This document shows, piece after piece, positions 49,260-62,020 of a stretch of DNA of 64,000 bases (position 1 is its first letter; each line of letters opens with the position of its first letter). The notes below the pieces were generated by a model that searched no databases, was not told the origin of the DNA, and worked only from the letters and a program-made list of their open reading frames with translations. The stretch is from Ruditapes philippinarum. Taxonomy: Eukaryota. Location of the stretch: contig NW_026854186.1 of assembly GCF_026571515.1 (NCBI RefSeq), positions 310,001 through 374,000 on the forward strand, in the 5' to 3' direction. The translations under genes were made by a program, and so were the position numbers.

Positions 49260-50989
49260 TTTCTCTCAAATACTTTAGCCATGGACATCTATCGAATGTT
49301 TTAATCACAGCATGTTAGATAAACTTCACTAAAACAGACAAACTTTTGATAAAGCTTATCCTTGTGCATATAAAATGACCTTGGTTGTTTTTATCTAATG
49401 TTGATTTATAGTCACCTACATAAGCTGAACTTAAGCAAGTATTACGAATGTCACAGCCAAGATATACAAATAACAAGTGTTTTAAGCACCCCGATTTCAA
49501 ATGTGCATGTCTCCTGTACTTTACCTTGAAATGAAATTGCACAATATTTTGTAAACAAAGTCACATCACCTATGTCTATTTTTTTCGAAAAAAAAAAAAT
49601 GTATAAATATATTCAAACAAAAGATTTTTTTGTGTAAGAAATAGAAGAATGGGAAGTTTCTATAAAGTCTATAAAAAAAGTTTCAAATCTAATATTTTGA
49701 AGAATTAGATTTATCACACTAATAAAAGTATTCTATAACATATTATAATTAAAAACAAATTAAAGCTTTACTGTAGGAGAAAGACCTTAGGTGCCTGCCC
49801 CTCTTTGCAAAATTGTTCTAGACACAAACGGGCATCTGAGTACGGTAAGCTAGCTTTATAGCGGTCTGTGTATCGTAAATACGCTTTCCAAACAAAACTC
49901 TCATTTCAGACAATTAGAAAAAATTTAAGTGTATTTTTGTCATCATGTAAGTAATTAAACGTTTATGTTTCTGCTGGAAACTTGTTTTTGAATGGAGAAA
50001 AATGACATGGTAAAGTTATACTACAATAAGATCAAAGCGCTGAAGGCACTGAAAAAGACGGAATTTCCTGGGTAGGGTAACATACTTTTATTCCAGTTTC
50101 ACAGGTAAATGAATTCTATATGTCAGGGTATACGTCTTAATTTACGGTATACCTAATTTTTAGAGTTTACATTAAAAATTAAATTCCATGGAAAAATTCT
50201 TAGGAGGCCTTTAGCGTCTGATTACATGTATTATGTATTATGACTGGAATACTGAATTACACTTTTTGTGTTTACAATACTAAAGTATGTAGCTCTTGAA
50301 ATTTTTGACACGACATCTTGTATTCCCAAAACAATTTACAAAGGCTTTTATTACACTATCTGATAAAGCTTCGAATTACGAGTACCATGCGCCATATCTC
50401 CAGAACATGCATCAAGTAACCGCAAAGTTATCTATGAAGTATCCACCTACAGGATTTTAAGCGGCCAATAACAAGAAAGAACTGATAAAAGTACGGGATT
50501 TTTGTAAAAAGGGAGGGAAAAGAAGAGATTTCAGAGCCATAAATTAGGGAAAATAGGGCTGTTGACACACATTTTTATGCAAACAAATGCACCCACATCA
50601 ATCTTTATCCATTGCATTTTTTTTGAAACCAGTCACCAGTATCTTTACAGAGATTCCACAACAAGATAGTCGGGAGATGAACCTGGACTTCGTAAATGTT
50701 TTTAAAGATCAAAATCCAAAATATTTACAAAACTATGAACAACAAGCAAATTCGTTGAATTTATATCCCCCGCCGAGTACTGGTTATTACTAACACAACA
50801 ACTGAAGACATAAGGCTTTATTTATTTATATTTATCATGGCGTAAACAGCAATATTCTTGGTACATGATAAATATTCAGGGCAATAACAGAGCCATAGCT
50901 CCGTGTTAAATAGTAATATCTGGACATGCCAATGAGATGTAAATTGCCTTTTTGTATCAATGGTTCCCATAAACAATACAGCAGTTGCA

Positions 50990-52960
50990 AAGAAATAGCA
51001 ATATTGCTCTATATGCATACTACATAACTAATCAAGGGCCATAAGTCTGTAATGAATGGTCTGATCTGAACAAGGCTACAAATTGTGCATATCTCTTCTT
51101 GGTATTAATGGTTACCATAAAGTTTAATTGAATTCCAGCCATTAGTTGCAGAAAAATAGCGCAGAAACAATTATTACTCTATATGCATACTGCATAACTA
51201 ATCAAAAGCCATAACTCTGAGCTAAAGTGTCTGACCGGAACAAGGCTATGAAATGTGCATCTCCTCTTGGTATTGAAGGTTCCCATAAAGTGTGCCCTAT
51301 ATGCATAATGCATAACGGACCATATATAATCAAGGACCATAACTCTGAGTTAAAGTGTCTGACCGGAACAAGGGAACGATATGCGCTTCTCCTGTTGGTA
51401 TTGAAGGTTCGCATTAAGTTTCGTTGAATTCCAGCCAGAAGTTGCAGAGAAGAAGCGCGGAAAAGTTTATTGCTCTATATGCATACTGCATAACTAATCA
51501 AGGGCCATAACTGGGAGTCATCAATATCTAGAGGAGATGCGCATATCGTCGGCTTGTTTCGGTCAGACCTTTATCTCAGAGTTATGGCCCTTGATTAGTT
51601 ATGCAGTATGCATATAGAGCAATAAACTTTTCCGCGCTTCTTCTCTGCAACTTCTGGCTGGAATTCAACGAAACTTTATGTGGACCCCATAAAAAGTTTT
51701 CGGTTGAATTCCAGCCAGAGTTGCAGGAGAAGAGCAGCGGAACGATTTTTTGTTTACATTGCATACTTGGCAGTAAAAACTTCTCAAGGGGCTATAAACT
51801 TGAGTAAAGTGTCTGACCGGGGAAACAAAAGGCCGTTATATTGCGCATCTCTCTTGATATTGATGCTTCCATTTAAATTTTTGTGAAAAGTTCAAGGCAG
51901 TAGGTTTGCAGGAGGAAAGCGCGGAAAGATTATATGCTCTATATATGATACTGCCCTAATTAAACAAGGGCCATAACTCTGAGATAAAGGGTCTGATCGG
52001 AACCAATTTACCATATGGGCATCTCCTCTTGATATTGATGATTCCCATCAAGTTTTGTAGAATTTAATCTAGAAGTTGCAAAGAAGTAATGCAAAAACTA
52101 TTATTGCTCTATAAGCTTACTGCATAATTAATCAAGGGCCATAACTCTGAGTTAAAGTGTCTGACCTGAACAAGGTCTCCTGTTGGTATTTAAGGTTCCA
52201 ATAAAGTTTCATTGAATTCCAGCCAGTCGTTGCAGAGAAGAAGCGCGGAAACGATTTTGGCTCGATATGCATACTGCATAACTTATCAAGGGCCATAACT
52301 CTGATTTAATGGGTCTGCCGGGACCAGCCGACGATATGCGCATCTCCTCTTGATATTGATGATTCCCATAAAGTTTCGTTGAATTCCAGGCAGTTGTTTG
52401 CAGAGAAGTAGCGCGGGAAACGATTATTGTCTATATGCATTACTGCATAACCTAATCAAGGGCCATGAACTCTGAGGTTTAAGAGTCTGACCGGAACAAC
52501 CTAACGATATGCGCAACTCCTCTTGGTATTGAAGGCTCCCATAAAGTTTCGTTGAATTCCAGCCAGTAGTTGCAGAGAAGTAGCGCGGAAACGATTTTTG
52601 CTCTATATGCATACTTCATAACTAATCAAGGGCCATAACTCTGAGTTAAAGTGTCTGACAAAGCAAGGCAACGATATGCGCATCTCCTCTTGGTATTGAA
52701 GGTTCCCACAAAGCTTCGTTGAATTCCAGCCAGTAGTTGCAGAGTAGTAGCACGGAAACGATTTTTGCTCTATATGCATACTGCATAACAAATCAAGGGC
52801 CATAACTCTGAGTTAAAAAGTCTGATTGGAACAAGCCGATGATATGCGCATCTCCTCTCAATATTGATGATTCCCATAAAGTTTGGTTGAATTCCAGCCA
52901 GTAGTTACAGAGAACTAGCGCGGAAACAAAATTCGGACGGACGGATGGACGGACGTACTT
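50990..52960 (-). mobile_element. HINE-type ~168-bp tandem array (~12 units) with one inverted monomer
   Basis: Monomer atcaagggccataactctgag..tgaattccagcc..gcagagaag; (GGAC)n microsatellite at 52936-52956; 51513-51680 is in reverse orientation. Confidence 0.8.
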
Positions 52961-53059
52961 ACGAAATGGTACTAATGTGACTTAGCCATTTTCAGTCACA
53001 CAATGCTTAAAAAAAGACACACAGGTAAAAACGGAATGAACAGGATCAAAGAGAATTTA

Positions 53060-53849
53060 CTGTTACCCATTGTTTTTCAAGTCACAAAAGTACCTCTGGG
53101 TTTGTACGAATATTATACTTAAAAATAAAGAAAAAAATAAGTCAATGGTCAATGCCCTTAAGAAATATATAAAGAAATACAAATCAGCCCAGTATTTGAT
53201 TCAATGGTTTTTACATGGTTTAAACTTGGTTACATAGGTCCCGACACAGCTTCTGTATCTCCAAACCTTAAGTCTTGTGACGATGATACTGAGGCAGTTC
53301 ATGTTAAAGTTAAGATAGAACTTGACTCAGGTAGAATAAGGGTCCGTTTAATTTGGCACCACCAATAGGAACCAATCTTTCGCATTAAGGGCCCGATTGG
53401 CCTCGTTGCACAAAGCAAAAAATCCAGAGTCAATTTAGAATTAATTTACACCATCTAATTATTTCCACATGGTATTTCTTTTTCAAATTCTGATTTTCAT
53501 AAGCCCCACATTTTCTTCCGCGAACTTTACAGTTCCTTTTGAATGATTTACAGTTTTATAAAACTGGCTTAGATCTGTTCCTGATTTCTTATTCAGCAAA
53601 CAGACAATAGATTCAGCATTTCGATTCATTCCAATTCATCCAGATGTCCATCATTTAGTAGGCTTTAGATTTTGTGGCCATTATTATTTTGATACATGTC
53701 TTCCTATGGAGGCATCGTCTTCTTGCGCTATTTTCGAACGTTTCAACTCGGGTTAACATCACATTGCTGAAAATGTTTCAAACATCAAGCATATGGTTCA
53801 CATTCTAGATGATTTTCTTAAACTAGGTCCCCTTTATCCCCTTTGCTGT
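53060..53849 (+). mobile_element. Decayed DIRS/Ngaro-type (tyrosine-recombinase retrotransposon) reverse transcriptase fragment
   Basis: GFKLGYIGP..SPNLKS..KIELDSGRIRGPF..PIGLV..FPHG..GFRFCGHYYFDTCLPMEASSSCAIFERF..HMVHILDDFL across stops and frameshifts. Confidence 0.78.
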
Positions 53850-54566
53850 TGTCGTAGGATAAGAATTTATGTAAAATGTACACTGCCTTATATTTTGTTA
53901 ATCATTTCAAATAAAATATATTAACTGTATCTAAATGCGTTGATAGTAACATTGTTATTTGGGACCCCTTGATTCCTATTACCGTTATATCTCTCTATAT
54001 TTCTAATCATTTCCTATCTCTCATTGTTACTAAAACCTGTCACCCGTAAAAACTTAATATGCTATGTTCGGGTATGTTGTGTGATGCCTCCATTGCCCAC
54101 TTCATATTTGGGACCAATTTCCATGTTATAGTTGTATAATTATATTTTATATTGTGTAAATATATTCTTTAATAAATATCTTGGATATTTTCGAGGTTAA
54201 GTAATCTTTGAGAGTTATAATTTAAATTATTAAATTATTACAGAATGTCTTTATTGGTATAGTTATAGAGGTTTTTGATAAGTTATAGAGATGTTTACTT
54301 ACAATACTTACCTGAAATACTTACCTAATTGTACATGTAGCTATTACATACCTGTATCAAACACTCAACCGTATGTTATAATTGTTAATTGCACTTCATA
54401 TTTGACCATTCCATGTTATAGTTGTATAATTATATTTATATTGTGTAAATATATTCTTTAATAAATATCTTGGATATTTCAGATATTTGCATTTGTTGTG
54501 TCTTGTGTCAGTCGATATATTACCCCACCTATAATACAAGTAACTGCCGACTGGGTTACGTCGACA
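53850..54566 (+). repeat. 5' LTR
   Basis: TGTCGtaggataag...gggttacgtCGACA; co-linear with 62021-62708. Confidence 0.92.
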
Positions 54567-54567
54567 A

Positions 54568-54580
54568 TGGCGCCCAACGT
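54568..54580 (+). promoter_or_regulatory. Primer-binding site complementary to the tRNA-Lys(CUU) 3' end
   Basis: TGGCGCCCAACGT, 1 nt after the 5' LTR. Confidence 0.85.
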
Positions 54581-54946
54581 TTAAGACATCCTTAAAATGA
54601 AATAAATTTATAAATACATGTATATCTGAATTCTGTTGTGTTATATACGTGAAGTATAATTTGTATGGTGACACATTCTCGACACGTCGGAAAAGTTGAT
54701 ATCACTGTGTTGTTTGTGGTTGTGTGTGATATAATTGCTGTGTGTTACGTGATGATTATAATTGTTTTAAATAAATAGTGTGGTGGTATATATGGTGTTG
54801 AAATATTAGACACGAACAATTTTGTGTTGAATGTATGAGTGTAGAATACAGACATATTACAAACATTACATATTGGAACAAATCATTTGAAGTATTTCTT
54901 GTGTATTCATTCTAAAAAGCGGGTTAAAGTTGGAAATTAATCAAAA

Positions 54947-56845
54947 ATGGCATAGCTTTTAACAGAACGTGGAATTGAGGAGTATATTAAGAGATAGAAA
55001 AAGAGAAAAAGACCAGATGCAGGAGAAAAGGAGGAAAAGAGAAAGGAACGACTTGAAGAATTAGGAAAGGATTGAACATCGAACGATACAACGACAAATT
55101 TTGATGCAGGATGATTTCTTGAACTTGACATGCGAAACATATAAATCAAACAAGAACAAGGAAGTGATTAAAAGAAAGTATTATCTGATTTGAACATCGT
55201 ATTTCCTACATGCATTACAAACATTTAACACGATAATCCAAGACTTGGAGATAATGAGCCACAAAAATTTAAACATCAAATAATCATTGGAAGAGTAACT
55301 TATTGCATTTTTAGGATGAAACCAAAGATATGCTAAGATAAAGGGATAGCATCAAAGATTAACAATAAAGGATATACAGTATTTGGTAGGACAATGCATT
55401 TCGGACAAAAGTATTACTCGGACATAGATCGGATGAAAAGTTATAGGAGTGGACAAAGTGTGAGGAGTTTGGATATGAAAATTGAATGAAATTAAAAGTG
55501 AAAATGGGGAGATTAGAAGTCAGAGAAGTTCTATTGAAAGGGAAAGTTTAAAGTCTCAGGAAATTACAAGAAGTTGAAAGTAAGAAGCAGAAGTTATTTA
55601 TAGAAAGTCAAAGGAGGTTATAGGCTGAAATTGAGAATAAGAGAAAAGCTGAAAAAGAATTGATAGAGAGAATAAAACTATTAGAAGATCAGGAACTAGT
55701 TTTGAATAGGAAAAGATATGAAAATGAAATGCTTGAGAAGGAGATTCAAGCTAACAGAAAAGAGGATGGTACACTTAGCACAAAGATAAAATTGTTAAAA
55801 GAAAAAGAAAAGCTACTGAAAGAAAGACTACAAAGAACAGATGCAAATCAATTACAGACAAGAAAAGAACGACTGAAAAGAATGGAAATTAAAGATAATG
55901 GAACAGAATACAATAAAGAAGAAAGTTTTGTTCGACATAACTATACAGAGAAATGCCGACAAAAAGACAGCGACTATCCGATGTTTAAACTTGGACCACC
56001 GAAGATACCTCATTTCAATGGCAAGGATTTTGAGCAGTGGGAGATGGAGATATTTTGTTTATTAAGAACCCAGATGTATCCGGACTATGCTATTGTGCAA
56101 GCTATTCGACACTCCTTGATTGGAGATACACGACAAGTATTGTTGACAATTAAACCAACCGCATCAGCAAAAGAAATTCTGGAAAAGATAAGAGAAATCT
56201 ACGGTGATATTAAGACAGGAGACAAAGCTGTTCAAAACTTTTACTCAGCAACGCAAAAGGAAGGAGAATCATGTTCTGCTTGGGGAATTAGAGTAGAAAC
56301 CTTATTTTCAGAAAGCTGTAGAAAAGGGAGAAATAAGTGAGAGTAAAAGAGAAAGTAAACTTAAAGAACGCTTTTGGAGAGGATTATATTCTGAAAAAAC
56401 TTAAGAATGCCACAAGAGTGTCGTATGAGTCAACAGATTTACATTTGAAAAATTAAGACGAAAGGCAAGGCTAGAAGAAGAAGAGAATTTATCAACTCAA
56501 GTGAAAGCAAATATTAACCAACAGAAAGAGACAGATGAAAAATTAACTATTCTTCAGGAGCTTCTGGATCGAATGAAAACATTAGAGGCCGATGTTGGAA
56601 AACTTAAAGGTCAAGATCAAAATTATACATATAGAGGAGGATACCAGCCAAGATTTAACAGCAGATATAGAGGTTCAAATAGAGGAAGAGGTTTTAGAAG
56701 GAACGAAAGTAACCAACAAGAGTCAACAAAGTATGACCGAAGTCTTTCAGAGAAGAAAGAGCCAAATGAGAGTAGAGAAACAAGTAAAGCCAATTTAAAC
56801 GAGAAGGAGCTTCTATCGACGGGCAAGATGGAAGCAAAGAAGTAA
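54947..56845 (+). pseudogene. gag: Gypsy gag (long coiled coil, PNMA-like capsid, RG-rich tail), frameshifted in this sequence
   Basis: ORF pieces 55660-56340 (PKIPHFNGKDFEQWEMEI..AIRHSLIGDTRQVL..FYSATQKEGESCSAWGIRVE) and 56501-56845; the 5' start is approximate. Confidence 0.8.
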
Positions 56846-56853
56846 ACAGCCCG
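56794..56853 (+). promoter_or_regulatory. -1 programmed ribosomal frameshift signal (U_UUA_AAC plus predicted H-type pseudoknot) at the gag-pol junction
   Basis: Heptamer in the correct gag phase (AAT TTA AAC); 8-nt spacer; stem 1 56809-56817/56827-56835; stem 2 56820-56824/56849-56853; the -1 frame is open into the protease. Confidence 0.85.
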
Positions 56854-59800
56854 AACATAAAGAGAAATACATTACGAGAGAGGATGGTAGGAAAGGCAAA
56901 TGAAAATACAATTTTTATAGACAACATTGAGGTTAAAGCCCTGATCGACACAGGTTCTATGGTCAGTACAATTTCAGAGACATATTTCAAGAAAATGGAG
57001 GATAAGCCAAAATTACATGACATCGGAGAATTTGAATTGAATATAACCGGAGCAAATGGAAAAGAAATACCTTATCTTGGATACATCGAAGCCGAAGTTA
57101 AAGTTCCAAACAGTAACATGTCAGGATTGGTAGTACCATTCCTTATTGTAAAAGCAACAGAATATAATGACACAGATTCCCATAATAGGTATGCGTACCG
57201 ACATCATATCGGTGACGACGTGCAAGATTCAGTAATCCAGAAAATCAGAATAGAGGAATGTTCACAAATGGAATGGAAATCAGCTTTTGAGAATGAAAAT
57301 CAGACCATAGTATTGGGTAAAGTAAAAATTGAACACAGGACTTCCTGTTATATCCCACTGCAAAGCTAAAACAATACTGGTTTTCTGAGAAAGCGACATC
57401 AAAGGCGCGAAACGCCATTCCAGAGATCGTTGATGACTCCGGTGCTGATAACCAATGGTAATAGTCCTAGGGTGTGGTAGTAACACATTAACAATCGCGA
57501 AAGAGCAGCATCAGAGTTATCACTGATAAGGATTGTGGTAAAGTCTTTCATAGCAGGAAACTATATCAGTAAAAGGAAGTTACGATAATCTGCCAGTTAC
57601 AGCAAGTTGAAGTGTTGGATCAAGCTCCGATCTTCGACGCTAAGGATGACTTACCTAATTCTGAAAAAAGAAAATATACTTGCCAATGGAGGTCCGATTG
57701 TCTATCAACAGTCTGCATCTGAAAAAGAAAAAGAAACACATATTATAGAAACTAATGGAAACATCACACAAAAAGTTAAAATAAGTTCGGAAATAAACTT
57801 GAGCAATTCAGAACTCAATGAGGAACAACAAGAAGAAGTCATGCAATTGTTTGAAAATGGCAATCGATTTTTCCAAAGACGCCTTTAGAATTTAGGCCAT
57901 ACATCAAAAATAAAAACATAGAATTGAACTGACAGACAATAAGCCGTTTAAGGAGCCTTACAGAAGAATACCACCTGCACTGTTTTCTGAGATAAAACAA
58001 CATCTAAAAGACATGCTTGATATTGGAGCCATACGACATCTAAGAGCCCCTGATCATCACAATGCTGTAGAATACAATCAGAGATAGAAGAAACAGAAAA
58101 AAGGATGGTAATCCGCTCGCGTCTGATTTGTCAGCTGGCAAATGTACATTCTCCGACTAAGAAACGACGACGTCTAAGTGAATTAATCAACAGAATAATG
58201 GATGACAGAGTCTCCAGATGCCTATCTGGACACAAAATACCGTTTCCAAAAATCTTGACTTAAAATTCTAGGTATGACGGAACAGATCGAAATTAGAAAG
58301 AAACGACTGACAAAAGAAAGAACCGAGACATTCAAGTAAGGAAGGATTTAAGGAATACCTACCACGCAAACGGATAGCGTCTAGCGAGGCCATATGTAAA
58401 GGCCCAGCGCATTATCCAGGCTCACGGAACGCATCGAGATAATGGGGAAGACCTAATGTCATAGCAGACGTCAATCACTACCCACTCACACTCTATGCAC
58501 GCACGACACGTCGCTCATTGATGTACAAGCGCTAGGAATCGAGACCTTAATAACTCACCTGGAACCGACTAGCAATAGCAAGTCATGTTTTCACACGTTT
58601 GGCAGACTTGCAACCTGAAAGAAGTAAAACCATCAAAGTGACGAGATTTGTTGCATAAATGGAAACTACCTACCTAGGGCCACCGTCGTGAATCTGAAGA
58701 TAGTATATTCCAGATAAAGCTGATCCTATTCAATAGAACTGAAGACAGTTAGAAATTGGCGCAGACGGCACAAACACATACCATCAACAAAAACGCAAAG
58801 TTTCGTCAATTTCAGGGTTTGCTGAGCTATTATAAGGATATTCATACAGATTTTGGCAGCTTTTTAGCCAGACCCCCTAAGATGACCTCATTAAGCTTAC
58901 GGACAGAGACAGCAACTAAGAACAAGGAAAATCTTCTTTCAGGATATGAAAGTAAGCAGAAACGTGTTCCTTTCCGATGGGTATACTCCTCAGGAAACAA
59001 GCTTTTAATGATATCAAGGAACAACTGACAAACCCTCCCGTACTTGGATATGCAGATTATACAAAACCATTTACTGTACATGTCAATGCTTCATCTTTAG
59101 GACTTGGTGGAATCCTTTATCAAAAACAAGACGGAAAGGATCGTGGTCATTGCGTTTGCTAGCAGAAGTTTGAAACAAAGTGAGAGGAGCTATCCAGCTC
59201 ACAAGCTCGAGTTTCTCGCACTCAAGTGGGCTGTCACTGAAAAGTTTCATGACTACTTGTATGGCGCGAAATTCGAGGTTTGTGACTGATAACAACCCTC
59301 TCACTTATGTGAATACTTCTGCTAAGCTAGATGCCACAGGTCACAGATGGCTAGCAGCTTTGGCGAATTATGATTTTTCGACCAAATATAAGAAAGGAGA
59401 GTCCGACGAAGCTTACCCACGGACAAGCCGAAAACATGTATGATAGAAGCAGTGACACTATGAAAGATCAGATTGCCAATATGCTCCACTCAGGAGTTAC
59501 AACACAGACCCAGCGCACTACTCGGCATCACGACGCTGAGAACCAGTAGCATTGCACCAATCCAGGCACATCGGAACTCCCGATAGACAACGCCGATACC
59601 AAGCCGATGTTCTAGTGGCGCCGCAAGTGGCGCTAAGCCGGCCGCATCAAGAGAAGCGGAGGAGAAAGGTTCAATGCGATACACTAACCAATCATTCAGA
59701 GGCTGATGGACCAAGAGGAATAGTTCCCCAAAGAGTTGTTAAAGCCTGTTACAATGAGCTACAACAACTTAACACTCATACCCATACCCGTCCTACACTG

Positions 59801-61388
59801 ATAGCAAATCCCAACCTGTGAAATTCCATTCCAAGAAGATCTCTTACGAAATGAAAGCGTTTCTTCAACAACCTGGATAAAAGCACAAGCAGATGATCCC
59901 ACAGTATCTAAGATAGTTGACAATTTAAGAAACGGAACAAAACCGGCTAAGCCTTTTGACCGAACTATTTCTACATATATTAGAGAATGGTCGAACCTTG
60001 TCTTAATACAAGGTGTTCTTTACAGAAAATCGACATTGTCAGATGGTGATCATCTTCAACTTGTTTTACCTGAAGCCATTCGATTGGAGATTTTCAAATG
60101 CTTACATGACGACCTTGGTCACCAAGGTCGAGATCGTACAACATCGCTTTTCAAGGAAAGATTTTATTGGCCTGGAATGGACAGTTTTATCGCCAAATCA
60201 ATCAGGAAGTGTGATCGTTGCATCAGAAGGAAGTCTCTCTCAACAACTGCAGCGTTGACTCCAATACAATCAACGGCACCAATGGAAGTGGTTTGTGTAG
60301 ACTTCTTGTCATTGGAGAGATGTAAAGGAGGTTTTGAAAACATTCTTGTCCTGACCGATCACTTCAGTCGATATGCACAGGCATATCCTACTAGAAATCA
60401 GACTGCAAAGACAACGGCCAAATTTTGTTTGATAATTTTATAGTCCACTACGGATTTCCTGGTAGGATTCATAGTGACCAGGGACAGAATTTTGAGTCGC
60501 ATCTAATCAAAGAGCTCTGCAGTCTGGCTGGCATTGAGAAAACAAGAACAACGCCTTACCATGCTATGGGGAACGGAATGGTCGAAAGATTTAATCAAAC
60601 GTTACTCAAGATGCTTGGACTCTAGAGGAGCATCAAAAGTCCGATTGGAAAGCCCATGTTCCGAGTCTGGTCCATGCATACAATGCAACCCGTCATGAAA
60701 GTGTCGGCTTCTCTCCGTACTTTCTTATGTTTGGACGTCATCCTAGACTCGCCATTGATGCTTTTCTAGGGTTACCTACTGATGGTCTTTCATCAAGCAT
60801 CCATTCGGAGTACGTGATTAAACTTAACGACCGTCTCCGTTCCGCATATGCAAAGGCTAGAGAAACCGCTGTTAAAACATCTGAAACAAACAAGGCTTAT
60901 TATGAACAAAAAGCTAGAAGTTCCGTTCTTCAACCTGGCGACCGAGTGCTAGTCCGTAACGTTTCAATACGTGGAAACAAAAACTAGCAGACAAATGGGA
61001 ACACAGTCCTTATATAGTTGTTAGTCAACCTCTTGAGGACATACCTGTTTACGAGGTTAAGAAGGAAGGTTCTCGTTTCAAGAAAACAAGAACTCTACAT
61101 AGAAACCTCCTTTTGCCATTTATGTCTATTTCAGATGTTCCAGTTGAAGATAAACAAATGGAACTTGACATTGTAGATGACTCTGGTGATTTACAAACAG
61201 ACGTAGATGTTACAGATGCAGAGCACGTTTCTGTTGAGAATGGTATGAATCTAAATAATGATTGTTCTTTTTCTCATTCTGATATTTCTATTTCAGGTGA
61301 ACAGGATGATGATGAAATACAACTTGAACAGTCATCTAGACCAATAAGGACACGAAGGCAGCCAAATTGGATGTCGACAGGCGACTGA
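56794..61388 (+). pseudogene. pol: Gypsy pol (aspartic protease, RT, RNase H, integrase); many frameshifts, RT region garbled
   Basis: VKALIDTGSMVS; PFKEPYRRIPP; FASRSLKQSERSYPAHKLEFLALKWAVTEKFHDYLYG; TDNNPLTY; HDDLGHQGRDRT..FYWPGM..CDRC; VCVDF..DHFSRYAQAYP..IHSDQGQNFES..YHAMGNGMVERFNQTL. Confidence 0.88.
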
Positions 61389-62011
61389 AAACTTTAGATT
61401 CAAATAAAATTTTGATGTTTCTTAATCAGTACGTTACTACATGTATATAAGTATGAGTTCTTATTTTGTTTTCTCTACTCGTATAACACCTATTTGATGT
61501 GATTCTCACGAATAATGTTAAAACTGATAGTTATCAGTGCGATGATATTACTTACCTTTATCTAATGTGCTTCTATTTGCACCCTTAGGGTTTTGATGGA
61601 CTCGACTTTTGTGCAAATGTCAGATACTTACCATTAAATGATGTATACTTACCTTAACTGGAGGTTATTCATGCAACTTAACATCTTAAAAATGATTGTC
61701 AGATCTTGTTGTCGATGTCCAATAAGATGTTTTCTTTTTGTTTCATTGAATTTAATTTAATGACAACTTATTCATTGTGTAAGTACTCATTTGTAGACAT
61801 CTACAAATGTTAGTAATACCAAATAGAGCGAATATAACACCTCTGGTGGAGTACTTGTAAATTTTGTAACCCACGTTTTGTACTTTTTGTTGTTAATTTT
61901 ACATTTGTCATTTTACTTTTATAACATAAGTTTTATACTTAAGATAATAGTAAGTGTAATTTGTAATATTGGGAGACGTACAGAAAAGTCAGGAGCCTTT
62001 TTAACGAACCT

Positions 62012-62020
62012 GGAGGAGTA
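62012..62020 (+). promoter_or_regulatory. Polypurine tract
   Basis: ggaggagta immediately before the 3' LTR. Confidence 0.6.

Noticed and set aside
61389-62011. Possible env or third ORF between pol and the 3' LTR
   Set aside because: Only ~620 bp, AT-rich, with no ORF of 60 aa or more.
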